Assembly (NCBI GenBank): GCA_965113315.1 | Contig: OZ220375.1 | DNA length: 64,000 nucleotides | Origin: Podarcis vaucheri | Lineage: Eukaryota | Direction: 5' to 3' (one strand) | In this document: positions 1 through 11,464 of the stretch, piece after piece | Numbering within the stretch: position 1 is the stretch's first letter | How the letters are laid out: each line of letters opens with the position of its first letter | Notes under the pieces: generated by a model | Database searches by the model: none | Told to the model about the DNA's origin: nothing | Seen by the model: only the letters and a program-made list of their open reading frames with translations | Made by a program: the position numbers and the translations under genes

Positions 1-281
1 GATGGATATCATTTAGCTCCCTCATAATTTTAAGCATTGCTCCAGAGAGCACAGATTCCCACATCAAGTTTTATGTAGCTTGGGGAAAGGTTTGGATGGG
101 CATGTGACCTTCAGTGCACTGAGACCCCAACTTTTCTCAGTGTGGCTGAACTTTCGGGGCATTGTCTTGAGAAGTCAGCAGCTTCAGCTGTGTTGGAGGG
201 TCTTAGGGCACTGGGGCTTATTTACAAACAGTGCTTGGCTTCCTCTAATTTGCCTTTTCCCTTTCCCCCCTTCTAATACAG

Positions 282-314
282 AGTGGAGACATATATGGGA
301 GCTACACAGTCAAG
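282..314 (+). CDS. Putative 33-nt penultimate exon of an unidentified upstream gene
   Basis: Long polypyrimidine tract + tacAG acceptor (280-281) and strong AAG|GTAAGC donor; open in all frames (e.g. SGDIYGSYTVK); product not recognised. Confidence 0.35.
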
Positions 315-1278
315 GTAAGCAAATGGAGGTGCCTGGGCCTAAATCAGTGGCTTCATAAATATGACCTTTGGGGCTCAACAGTGGGCTGGATAGCTTCATG
401 TTAAAGGGGGTATTAAGATTTGCAGTAATGTACAACAATGTGAAGTGGAGGGGAGCAGAGTCCTAGGACAGGGATGTGACTCTAAGAATTGTGGGTGTGT
501 AATTCATACTTTCCAATCCTTGCCATATATTCAGTTGCGTCTCCCTCTCTACTGTACCACACATGCAAAAAACAAACAAAAACCACAAATTTAATCTGAC
601 CACTCGTATTTTGAAAAAATCCAGCCTTTTGTGAGGATTGCTTTCAGAAGCTGAGGGCACTGATTCTACATTTTAATACTGTGTCTTTTCGTGGTTTGCT
701 ATTTAATGTTGTGTCCTAGATGTGTTTGAGTGCATGTGCTCCATAGTTTTGACGACATAACTGGTAGGAGGTGCTGGCTTTTGATCATCTAACACAAGTT
801 TCAAATTACACTTTGAAAATGTTTCTGACCCCACATCATTGCCTGGAGAACTCGAGTCAGTGACACTGAAGACAAGTGCCACTGCCAGCCTAGGCCCATG
901 AGCCAGGCAGGTTTTCTATTCATGTAGTAGCAGGCAGGAGCAGGTAGATGCTATCTGAAAAACTGGGGTGATTGGTTCTGTGCAGTATGGGGAGGTGAAT
1001 AAACTGGACCTTGTGAAGTCATGTGATGGGAGATAGGAAAGTAGAGCGGCTGAAATCCACAACTATCTGATGTTGGATGTGGAGCTGCCTTAAACAATTA
1101 AACCAAATCACAAAAGAGCAGATTAACGAAGGGTCTGTTCTGTGGCCAGCCACTGAGGATAGTAGGGGGGAGAGTGGGATTTTGGGGTGTGTATGTATGT
1201 ATGTATGCACATTATCTGTGGCACATCTCCCTTCAAGGCATTGTTCCTGTTGCCATCACTATTTCTTTTTCCATCTAG

Positions 1279-1622
1279 ATCCTAGCAGAGTGACGGTCTA
1301 CACAGACACCTTTGATGGGAAGGGTTAACTTCAATAATTCCCAGGGGAAGCACCGCTAAGACATGAGGGGGACATGGGGAGAGGCAAGATGCCCACCCCA
1401 CCCCCCTTGAAGACTGGAGAAGCCCAAGCATCTTGAAAGGGGAAGCTCTGCCACCTGCCTACCTCCCTCCCTTTGCTGTTATAGCTCAAATTGTCTCAGT
1501 GGGGCTAATGCCTCACCTCTCTTTTTCTCTCTTGCTCTCTCTCTATTTCTCTCTGATTTAATGCTCTGGTTTTTAATTTCTTCACATGGTTTTTAATTTC
1601 TCTGGATTCCCCTGAAAATAAA
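1279..1622 (+). other. Putative terminal exon / 3' UTR of the same unidentified gene
   Basis: Acceptor tttctttttccatctAG (1277-1278); stop at 1291-1293 (ILAE*) or 1326-1328 depending on frame; AATAAA near 1617-1622. Confidence 0.3.
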
Positions 1623-2989
1623 GGCAAAAAAAGAATTTATTTAAATTCACTTCTCTTGCCTTGTCAGTGTCTCGTTATTCATCGCTACACAGGTGTGTTA
1701 CCAGCATGGGGTAGGTAGTGATGTGGCTCAAGGCACGGAAAATGGTTTGGGAGGGAAATTATTTTAAGGGGTAGAGATGGGAAAACGTGAGTGAATTTTT
1801 GAAAGCACAAAGGAGAAGCTTTGGGAGGTTTACCACAAGGAACTATTGATATATGGCTAAGAAATAGTTTTATTTGTTTATCCACTGAAGAATTTATAAG
1901 CTGCATTCTCATAAGTATTGACAAGGTGGTATGCAACATACAAGATAAAACCACCAAAGGCATCATTAAAAACACCAGTAAATACTGGTTGGTCACAAAG
2001 GAAAAAAATGTGAAGGCCTGTCTATAAACAGTTTTCAGAAGATGTCTTCAAGAAGGCAGGGGTGATTTCTACTGAAATTATGTGACTTGATATTTGCTCA
2101 GTGTTTCCTCTGCCAGCATAGTGACGAGATTATGCTCAGCATAACTTTACTTCTAGGCATCTTTTAGAGATACAGTGCTAGTTTACCTAAATGCTAATTA
2201 ATGGTTCGATACTCTTTATTTCTATTCTCATTTGCTGAGTTTCTAAGCTGGTTGCCACTATAAAAAAGCTCCTCACTTTTAAAAACAAGATTGCCATCTT
2301 AAAAGCCAGTGAACTGATGTGGCCAATTTAGTGAAGAGTAAACCCTACAGAGCACAATGGCTTCTCAGTAAAGACGCTTAGTTGCAGTGGTAATGAGGAA
2401 GTGTGTGAAATAAATCCCCACCACAATTTATCATGAAAGCCAAAGGAAGGAGCCACCTGTGTCCTGTTGGGTAAGAGTGCAATGTTGATAGCCTTCATAG
2501 GGGCAAAACATTTTCTTAGCCCAGCTGTTTCGTAGAAAAATACAGAAAGCTATGAGCCCAATCTCCCCCCCCCGCCCCCCAAAATGGTATTAAAATTAAT
2601 GGGAAAGGTCCAAGTAAACATCGTACGGTCTGAATTGCTTGCTTATTTGAACCTGAGCCTCCTTTTATACAAACCTGAGCCTGGGTTGCTTTGCAGTTAC
2701 TCTTTTCTGGGCTTAAAAACACAAGTAGACAAGTAACAAAAAATGAGCCATATAACTTACTGTTCCTGACCTGCACTGGGCGAGGGGGAGGAGAAAATGC
2801 GCTCTTTGTTGGTTTGCCTCTTTTAAAAGGTGAATATTTCATAAAGAGTTGACCTAAATGTAGCTAAAACCGTTTTTGACGATATAATATATTAATGATC
2901 TATAAATAAGTACTCTTTGCCCTCGACCAAAATGGCTCTCAAAGCTTCCAGTAGTTGTAGCTCTATGCTCTTCGGAAGACTCTCCTCTA

Positions 2990-3338
2990 TGGTCCCGAGC
3001 AGCCGTTATCCGGGAAGGCGCGCGGCCTCCTCCCTTCCGAGGCCTAAGTCGATGACGTGATTTACAGTGTAGGGAGCGGCACTGTTTCTATGGCGGAAGG
3101 GCAGCGCGGGGCGCGTGCGCGCCTGTGCGTCACTTGAAAGCGCCCATTCGCCCGCGGATTGAGAGTGGCGCGGAGGAGTCTCGCCTGCGCCTGCGCCTGA
3201 GAGTAATACCTGATAGGATTCCTTTGCAGGAGTTAGGAAATGGGTGTGCGCAGCTGCCTCTTAAAGGGACAGAATCCCCGAGTAAAAGGGGAAGTCGCCT
3301 GAGCGCCAGCCTGGAGGGCTGTAGAGAACAGGACGGAG
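2990..3338 (+). promoter_or_regulatory. TMEM219: CpG-island promoter and non-coding exon 1 (assigned to TMEM219, possibly shared with the Harbinger-derived ORF)
   Basis: Dense CpG cluster; TGACGTGA CRE-like site ~3053-3060; NRF1-like GCGCGTGCGC (3111-3120) and TGCGCCTGCGC (~3186-3196); strong donor GAG|GTAAGA after 3338; nearest promoter-type CpG island upstream of TMEM219 coding exons. Confidence 0.65.
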
Positions 3339-3549
3339 GTAAGATAAGGTTGCACTTTTCTTAACTGTGTACCATTCTTGCATTTCTTCCCCCGGGTCTG
3401 TTCTCCATCTGGTTATTCTCATCTAAATCCTTTTGTTCAGCTATTAGGCTGGCTTTTGGAACAAAATACGCAAAGATTTAGGTTTCGAAGAATGTAGCCC
3501 CTTGGGGGATAAAATAGGGGGTTTTTTTGCCCTCGTTTGCTGCCTCACA

Positions 3550-3700
3550 CCAAGTCAGCCCATTGGTCCATCTTGTATTGTTTACTCTGACTGGCAGCTG
3601 CTCTCCATGGTCTTTCTCAAGCTGAACGCTTCTAGCTGCATATGGCCAGAGGTTGAACTTGCATTTTCTGAATGCAAAGTATTGACTTTGCCTCTCAGTC
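3550..3700 (-). mobile_element. Degenerate tRNA-derived SINE with CR1-like tail
   Basis: gctgcctcacaccaagtcagcccattggtccatct...ggttgaactt; resembles reverse complement of copies at 39660 and 60200; ends approximate. Confidence 0.4.
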
Positions 3701-4099
3701 AGGGAAAGTCACACACACGCCACAATCCTTTGCATATATATGCCCAGAAGTGAGTGGAGCTTATTTCTTAGTAAGTATGCATAGAATTGCAACCTTGCGT
3801 GCATACATTGAGAGAGATTAATACACTCCCATATTTCTGGAGCTTAGACTATTTACAAGTGAATGCATTTTTTTCTCAGTGCACAGCTGAAAAAGAAGTT
3901 ATATGTCTACCTTCCATGTGAAATCCTGCATTTCCCCATTATCATTAATTGTTCCTAAAGCACTTCTTAGCAAGCAATCCTGGTTTTCAGTGTTCTTCTT
4001 GTCACTTTGGAAGTCAGTCAGCCACATCATTGTTTCTCACCATGCTTGATGGACTTTTGCCATTAAGAAAGTTTGTACCTGGATCTCATAACCCAATTC

Positions 4100-4678
4100 C
4101 TGTGGTGCTGCGGGTGATGTGCCAGACTAGGACCGGGGAGACCAAGATCCAAATCCCCATTCAACTAGGGTGGTCAGTCACTATCTTTCAGCCTAACCTC
4201 ACCCACAGGGTTGTTGTTAAGATAAAATGCAGGGACAGCTATGTATGCCTCTTTGAGCTCCTTGGAGGAAAGGTGGGATAAAGGTAAAGGTAAAGGTACC
4301 CCTGCCCGAACGGGCCAGTCTTGACAGACTCTGGGGTTTGTGCGCCCATCTCACATCTATAGGCCGGGGGCCAGCGCTGTCCGGAGACACTTCCGGGTCA
4401 CGTGGCCAGCGTGACAAGCTGCATCTGGCGAGCCAGCGCAGCACACGGAACGCCGTTTACCTTCCCGCTGGTAAGCGGTACCTATTTATCTACTTGCACC
4501 TGGGGGTGCTTTCGAACTGCTAGGTTGGCAGGCGCTGGGACCGAGCAGCGGGAGCGCACCCCGCCGCGGGGATTCGAACCGCCGACCTTTCGATCGGCAA
4601 GCCCTAGGCGCTGAGGCTTTAACCCACAGCGCCACCTGCGTCCCTGGAAAGGTGGGATATTGTGTATTAAATGAATAA
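4100..4678 (+). mobile_element. Old tRNA-derived SINE (Squam3/MIR-like) split by a Sauria SINE
   Basis: Core 'tcagcctaacctcacccacagggttgttgttaagataaaatg...tgagctccttggaggaaaggtgggata', resuming as A/T-rich tail after 4659; ends approximate. Confidence 0.55.
4281..4645 (-). mobile_element. Full-length Sauria SINE (Squam1)
   Basis: Minus strand starts GGGACGCAGGTGGCGCTGTGGGTTAAA with B-box GGTTCGAATCC, ends in (ACCTTT)n tail; 14-bp TSD GGAAAGGTGGGATA at 4267-4280 and 4646-4659; CpGs retained (young). Confidence 0.92.
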
Positions 4679-5199
4679 CACACTGCTGTACAACACTAAC
4701 CATTTTCACACGTGCTTACTCATATTTCTGTCTAACCTAAAAGCTTATTTTGAGCTGGGAGCTTAACCTGCCTGGAACCTGTTTTGAGTGCTACCACTGA
4801 ACCATGAAATAACAGTAAGCCTTGCTGACTAGTTCTCATCTGGCAAGGGGGCTCTGGTTTGCACATGGCATGCTGCCTTTTGGCCTTCCCTCCCCAGACT
4901 CATTAGCTGAGCAGGCAGTTTTCGTAAAGATAGGGCAGGATTCAGTTATCCTATTTCACTAGCAGACGCCAGCACAAAGACTTCTACTAGCCTAATGGGG
5001 CTTCACCCACCTTAGGCCTCTCCCAAATCTGCTCTGAAGGGTCATGAGAACCCCCAGAACAGTTCACAGGGAGGAGAGGGGAAATTGTTCTGTTTGCTGC
5101 TTGCTTGATGGAACAATCTCCTTAGCCCTAGCCATAATTCCACCCATAGTTGTTTTTTAAATCACAATTGTCCCCTCACTAATTTATTAAGAGAAAGCT

Positions 5200-5410
5200 G
5201 GTGTAGTGTAGTGCCTGAGAGACTGAGCTATGAGTCAGAAGTCAGGACTGGTTTGGATCTTACCTCTGCCCTGAGCTCACAAGGTGCCTTGGGGAAGCAG
5301 TTCTCCCTCAACCTCACCCCTCTTGCCATATTGGGGGATAATACCGACTTACAGGCTTGCAGCTGGATGATGCATGTGAACTACTGTGAGCACTTGAAAG
5401 CAGTCTAGGA
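5200..5410 (+). mobile_element. Degenerate Squam3/MIR-like SINE
   Basis: gtgtagtgtagtg...gccttggggaag...ggggataatac...gtgagcacttgaa; ends approximate. Confidence 0.45.
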
Positions 5411-5513
5411 ATATGAGGCATTGTCATTAACAGGGCAAAAGACACCTCTACAGTTGTAATGTGAGCAGGCTGTGTGCTCCCATTGCACATTAGTGTCTGT
5501 GCATTCACACGTG

Positions 5514-5649
5514 CAGGCACCCCCAAACTCAGCCTCCCAGCTGTTTTGGGACTACAACTCCCATCATCCCAAGCTAACAGGAGCAGTGGTCAGGGATGGT
5601 GGGGATTGTAGTCCCAAAACATCTGGAGGGCCAAGTTTGGGGATGCCTG
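5514..5649. mobile_element. hAT-type MITE (136 bp, palindromic)
   Basis: TIR CAGGCACCCCCAAACT / AGTTTGGGGATGCCTG, internal ggactacaactcccatcatccc hairpin; 8-bp TSD CACACGTG/CACACGTA. Confidence 0.85.
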
Positions 5650-7155
5650 CACACGTAGGTGCACTTGAGATGAAACACACCTATAGATTCAACTGTGTGT
5701 GTTTGTGTGTGAGAGATGAATGCTGGAGAATGAGAGCTCTAGTATGTGATTGCTAACGTGATTTTGGTAACAAATTCCCAAAGGCAGGGCCACACCTAGA
5801 AAATAGGGACGGATGGGATGGATAAGGAGTTTCCCAGTAGATCCTTTGTTAGAGTTTAAACCAAACCACTTTCTGTCTCCAGACTATCTGTCTTTCCATG
5901 CCACTATCTTGGCCATCCTTCCCCTCTTCCCTATGCCAAGTCACTGTTCTTTCTTCTCTTCATTGTCTTTGGCAACTGAGTATGGGATGATGATCAGATT
6001 AAATGCCTCTCAAATAAGTATTTAGAAGATACAGTGGCTTGTACAGAACTATGTAGGAACCCAGGCTGCTATTGAAGCTGGTACCTCTATCCGTAATGGG
6101 GTCCCAAAGCTCTCTCTATCTATGTGGTTTGCATCCAGCCCTAACCATGTTATTATTTAAAAGTAAGTACCACTGAGTTCAGTGCGATTTGCTTCCAAGC
6201 AAGGATGCACAGGGTTGCAGCCCTAATGTACTGAGGACACACGGAAAACTGTGTTGCATGAGAAAAATCAATATTCCCTGTGGAAGGGGGAGTGGGGGAG
6301 TTATTGTAGCAGAGAACATGTAGATCAGTTCCCGATGTTCTTCACTGTTTTTGTAGTAAGTCAAAGCTGGGCATTAAATGACTTCTGGGCGTTTTGCTAA
6401 GGATGGTGGAAGAGCAACTGAACTGAATTATTTGGGTCAGTAGGCCAACAGAACTGCTCTGATTCTGTGAGCTTTAAGCACTGAGAACACATTAGCATTC
6501 TGCTCATTTCACAGAAAAGAGGATTTAAAACTGTTCATTTCGCTGTAGTCATGGTTCAAATGGAATATTTGGGGGGAAATAAAATGCAGCTGTCTCACAA
6601 ACTTGAGCAGAGGTGGAGCTCTGGAAAAGTGGTAAGATTTTAAATCTCACAGGATTTACCTCAGAACCTGATTTTCAAGACTCAGCCTAATTGCCTCTGA
6701 GTATGTATAGAGCGCTTTCCCATCACTGCTGAGTAACTCCTGTTGGGCTGAGCACATCTGAAACAAGCAGGGATGCTGAACCTTTGAAGCCAATTAAGTT
6801 ACAAATCAGATATCAGGTGGTTGACCAGTTTTGAGATAAAGTCCTAGCTTCAGAGAGTAGACAGTTACTGGAGGTGGGTGTGGGTTGATGTAAGACGAAC
6901 ACTATGGGAGTAATATAGCAATGTCATTGAGGGGTGGTCAGCTGGAAGACTATTTATGGGCACTGGAGGGAAGCTGGGGTGGGGAAGACAGAACAGAGCC
7001 ATAGGCAACTCTGAAACCTTTATGAATTTTGGAATGTAGAATGGGCAGAGATTGGACCTTTCCCAAGTGTGGTGGAATAATTTTCTTATGCTCCATCTAT
7101 TTTGCTGTTTAGAAAAGGCCTTCACAGTTGAAATACAAATATGATTCAGTTACAA

Positions 7156-7170
7156 TATATTGCCCTTCAG
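7156..7170 (+). promoter_or_regulatory. Candidate splice acceptor for the transposase-derived exon
   Basis: atattgcccttcAG at the transition from AT-rich intron to GC/CpG-rich sequence, 172 nt before the ATG. Confidence 0.45.
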
Positions 7171-7342
7171 CTCAACAGCAGCTTTCCGGCCGAAGCACAA
7201 GGACTGGTGATGTCTTGTCCCTGCCCAGCGACGTCATCCCTGCCTTGGCTAAGGGTGTAGCAAGGGGAAGGTTTTTCTCGTAGCACCTTCACGCCACTTC
7301 CTCCCGAGCCTTCTGCAAGCTTCTTCAAGAGCGGCCGGATAA

Positions 7343-8698
7343 ATGGATCAGGAGTGCCTGGCTCTGGTTGCTGCCTGCGTCCAAACCTCCCAGTTGCTGG
7401 TGCAGCAATGGATGCTCAACAGGCGCACGGTGATTTTCGCCATAGCGAGGATTCTGCAGAGGAGGCGCTTCCGCAGGTCGGCCGCGGTGCTCAGGCGCAT
7501 CCTCTCGGCCAGCGTCCGCCGCAAGAGAGCCCTGCTGCGGCTTCACCGGAACGCCATCGTCTCCGTGGTCACCATGGTGTACTCGTCTTCTCCCGCGCTG
7601 CACTATGAGCACGAGCTGATGGCCTTGTCTGAGCGCTCCCACTGGATGCTTCCGAGGTGCAGCGAATGGTGGGAGCGGATGATCAACTCCGAGCAGGACG
7701 ACAAGTGCTGGATTTCCTTGTTCAGGATGTCGCGGTCCACGCTGATGTACATCGCTGAGGAACTGCGCCCTGCCCTGCAGCGCCGGGACACCGGCATGCG
7801 GTCTCACATCCCTGTGGAGAAAAGAGTCGCCATGACTATCTGGAAGCTGGCGCACCATGACAGCTACAAGACCGTCTCAGAGCTCTTCGGGGTGGGGATT
7901 TCGTCAGCCTGCTCGATATTTGAAGAAGTGTGCGAGGAAATAAACAGCAGGCTGCTGAACCAAATCATTAAGCTGGGAGATCCGCAGGAGATCATTGAGG
8001 GCTTCAAGGAGATGGGTTTCCCCAACTGCCTCGGCGCAATCGATGCAATCCACATTTCCATCCTCTGCCCCCCGTTCTCTGCCGACTCCTACATTAATTG
8101 CAAGGGTTTCTATTCTATGGTGCTGCAGGCCCTGGTGGACAGCAAATCCCGGTTCACCGATATCTACGTCGGCTTTCCGGAGAGGTCCCACGACTCCCGC
8201 ATCTTGCACAACTCTCCGTTCTTCAACAGCATGGACGAAGGCACTTTTGGGCCACAGGCGCCAACAGTGCTGGAAGGCGTTTCAATGACCCCTATCATAA
8301 TCGGGGATCCTTCCTATCCGCTTCGGCCCTGGCTCATGAAGCCGTACCCAGCGCCAAAAACCGGGGCCCAGGAAAAATTCAACGAGAGGCTCGCTAAGTG
8401 CCGCGTGTGTGTGGAGAGAGCTTTTGGGGTCCTGAGAGCTCGCTGGAGGTGCCTGCAGATGAGGCTGGATGTGAGGGAGAAGCTCATTCCTGTGGTCATA
8501 GCCACCTGCTGTATCCTGCACAATATCTGCGAGATCAAAGGGGATGAGTTGCTGGAGCCGTTGGAAAGCCCTGCAGTGGCTGAAAGCCAGAATGCTTCAG
8601 CCAGGCCAAGGGTGCCCTTGTCAGAGGCTGGACTGACCAAGAGAGCTTGCCAGATCAGGGCTGCTTATTGCTCCTATTTTGAAAAGGACCCTGTGTAA
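7343..8698 (+). CDS. PIF/Harbinger DDE transposase-derived protein (HARBI1/ALP1-like, DDE_Tnp_4 type), intronless, 451 aa
   Basis: Uninterrupted ORF with Harbinger motifs: FRMSRSTL; HTH region IPVEKRVAMTIWKLA...VSELFGVGISSACSIFEEVC; GFPNCLGAIDAIHI (D1); YINCKGFYSMVLQALVD; HDSRIL; IIGDPSYPLRPWLMKPY (D2); FNERLAKCRVCVERAFGVLRARWRCL (E); CCILHNICE. Confidence 0.93.
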   Translation: MDQECLALVAACVQTSQLLVQQWMLNRRTVIFAIARILQRRRFRRSAAVLRRILSASVRRKRALLRLHRNAIVSVVTMVYSSSPALHYEHELMALSERSHWMLPRCSEWWERMINSEQDDKCWISLFRMSRSTLMYIAEELRPALQRRDTGMRSHIPVEKRVAMTIWKLAHHDSYKTVSELFGVGISSACSIFEEVCEEINSRLLNQIIKLGDPQEIIEGFKEMGFPNCLGAIDAIHISILCPPFSADSYINCKGFYSMVLQALVDSKSRFTDIYVGFPERSHDSRILHNSPFFNSMDEGTFGPQAPTVLEGVSMTPIIIGDPSYPLRPWLMKPYPAPKTGAQEKFNERLAKCRVCVERAFGVLRARWRCLQMRLDVREKLIPVVIATCCILHNICEIKGDELLEPLESPAVAESQNASARPRVPLSEAGLTKRACQIRAAYCSYFEKDPV

Positions 8699-8820
8699 AA
8701 TGGGGTGGGGGAAGCAAAGCAGGCTCATTTGTCCATGTAATTTCATGGGTGTGTATGACCTGGTTGTAGCATGCAGACCCTGCATTGCTGAAGTCTACTG
8801 TGGTAGTTTTCTACATGTCA

Positions 8821-8826
8821 AATAAA
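8821..8826 (+). terminator. Poly(A) signal of the transposase-derived gene
   Basis: AATAAA ~120 nt after the stop codon, followed by GT/T-rich sequence. Confidence 0.6.
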
Positions 8827-9171
8827 AAGGCTATGATTTTGAGTGGTCTGCTGCTATATTTTCTAAGAGATGGGATTTTTAAAAAGGTAATTGCTATGGT
8901 AAAAGCATAGGGTGGGACTTGAACCAATGCTGGTGTAAAACAGAAGAGTGAACAGTTTTTCTTAAAGGGGATTTACATACCCACCACTCTATCTCTAAAA
9001 CATTAAGAAAAGGACACAGTATACCTGCCTAATGAAAATGGAAGTTCATGGACAAATTTTCTAGCCCGTTAGAAAGTACACTGGTTGCAATCCTATGCAC
9101 ACTTACCTGGGACTACGTCTTACTGAACTCTCTGGGACTTTCTGTGTAATCCTATCATGTTCACCCAGAAA

Positions 9172-9357
9172 CATAGCTGTCAACTTTCAGATTTGAAAAT
9201 AAGGGATCAGCAGCCTCGAAAATAAGGGACCAGCCTCACCTGTCCCGGGGACAGTGTATGGAATATCTAACAATCCGGGATAGCAGTGGGAAGCAGCGGG
9301 AAGCAGCGCTGGAATAAGGGAATTTCCCGCAAAAAAAAGGGAAGGTTGACAGCTATG
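9172..9357. mobile_element. hAT-type MITE (186 bp)
   Basis: TIR CATAGCTGTCAAC(T/C)TT at both ends; perfect 8-bp TSD CCCAGAAA (9164-9171, 9358-9365); internal AATAAGGG repeats. Confidence 0.88.
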
Positions 9358-11464
9358 CCCAGAAATATTTCAAGATGTTTCAGTTGGCTAGTCCAGTATC
9401 CAGCTGTTTATGGGGGAAATCAACAAAGATCATGAAGATGCATGCTACTCCAGCCTCTCCAATACTAAATGCAGGTTTTATGCTACTTTGCTACATGAAG
9501 ATATCGTCTTCTGGGTGTCATCCAAAAGCGGTTTCAGTGTTGCAGGTTCATCTGGAGACCCAGGGATTTTTAAGATGAGACACATGGATTTCAAGGGGAA
9601 TGGCTGACATGAGATTTATATGAACCAGTAACCATGGAGCCACATAATGAAACAGGTTGGACAGTCTTATTAAGCTAAGATACGAACAAGACTTTTGTTC
9701 ACACTAAAACCAGGAATCTTCTAATCATAATTTTCTGGTTTGGTAGGGTTGCCATATTTCAAAAAGTGAAAACACTAAGTTGTGTTTTGTTGTTATATTT
9801 TTGCTAAATTGCAAAAATGGCTCCTTTTTAAGGGAAATCGACACTGCTGGCTTTACTGGTTTAATTGCAGCTTTCAGGGAAAAGTGAAGGGACTGTGTTC
9901 AGGGGCAAAAAGCTTATGCATTTTTTCAGCCTAATAAGTCTAATAAGATATTACTAATAAGATATGACTGTCTGAATGCATTTGATAACTCCCACTTTCC
10001 ATATCTGGGCAGACATGGTTTTATCCTGGCTTGCAAACCAGAAATGTCAGCAACACTGAAACCACTGTTTCTCAGTTCAGATGTCAAGTGAAGCTGATTT
10101 AACAAACTGGGAATCTTCCCCTCCTATGGGGCACATGAGAGAGGAAGCACTCATACTCATGGTTCGCTCCTGTTCTTAAAAATGAATAAATCACTGAGCT
10201 GCTTTACAAAACACTTGTCCTTCCATATTTAAGATTTTTCTAGGAAAGTATATTTTTTCAATTGATAGGGAAGCCAAACACAGAATAAATGCATTCATGA
10301 TAATGGTCATTGTGCTTAATGCCCTGTTTGCTAATTGCTAGGGATGGTCTTCAAGGGGAGACTTCTGAAGCGATAGTGCAAAGCAGTAACCAGTGTACTT
10401 TGGTTGCAAACATGTTCTGCTGATCCTTTCTTTCACAATGCAATATTGTGCAGACACACAGAATGTGTAGAAAGTAGCTTTTGACAATTATGTGCCATTT
10501 GCCACAACTGCAACGTTGAACAGTTAGTGGGATCATTTTAACAAAATGGCTTTAAGCAAAAACTGTAGCATGTTCCTCCACTTCAAAGTAAAAAGATTTG
10601 TTACATTTCCTTTGCTTCCGTAGGCAGCAGTCTGTCTTAGTGTCGCCAGGATTGAATTTGTAGCAGAACTCCCCTAAGCTTAGCACTAGAGCACAGAGGT
10701 TGCTCAAGAGAGTCTCTGGGTTGTATCCAGCTAAGTTCTACTCTAAAGGAGACCTGAAATTATTGAACCTAAGATAGTCTTGTCCATTCAGTTCTTTGGG
10801 TCTGTTCTGAGTACAGCTACTACTGGAGACAATCCTCTCCCTCACCACTGAATGCCACTTCCCCTGTTACAAGTGCTGGAAATGTATAACCCACATTAGA
10901 AAATGGTGGGCAACAATCGCATGTGTAGAATTGTTGCTGCATAAACAGACTTTGAAGACCACCAGGAGTGTACTTGCCACATGTGATAATCTTTATGTGC
11001 TCACCATGTTGTTTCTTACAGAGGACTCGCCTCCTGTGTGTTGTGTAATGTAGGACGCAATCCAGAAAAGCCACAACTATTGCCCCCCAGCAGCACCACA
11101 AACACTCAATCAAGCAATACATATCTAAAGATCAGGGCTTCTCCAGCCAATGCCTTTTCATTTAATCTGCGATTTAGAAGAAAGATGCTAGGAGGTAGAT
11201 ATGAAACAGTGGGGTGAGGGGAAGGAGGCAACATACACATTGTCTTAGCCTTTTGAGGATATGGTGGCTGCTATGTGGATCATAGTGGGATCTGAGAAAT
11301 CAAAAAGGACCAAGTGTCCCTCAGTTGTCCAGCACTCTATTTTTGAAAGTGTATAAGTTGATTGTTCTGTATTTAGCAGTTACCTTGGGACACTTAGGAG
11401 GGTGTTGGAGAAGTTGGTTGTGAGGATCACCAGGCAAAATGGCGTTAGCAGAACTTTCAGTGTT

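Noticed and set aside
4560-4645. tRNA gene
   Set aside because: tRNA-like head of the Sauria SINE, not a complete cloverleaf gene
7325-8640. Antisense and alternative-frame ORFs over the transposase gene
   Set aside because: Shadow ORFs expected from GC-rich coding sequence; no recognisable motifs
7343-8698. Calling the ORF HARBI1
   Set aside because: Longer, intronless and in a different gene neighbourhood from vertebrate HARBI1; only family-level assignment is supported
5700-10100. Complete autonomous Harbinger transposon around the transposase ORF
   Set aside because: No matching TIR pair, TWA TSD or Myb/SANT ORF found by eye; nearby TIR elements are hAT-type
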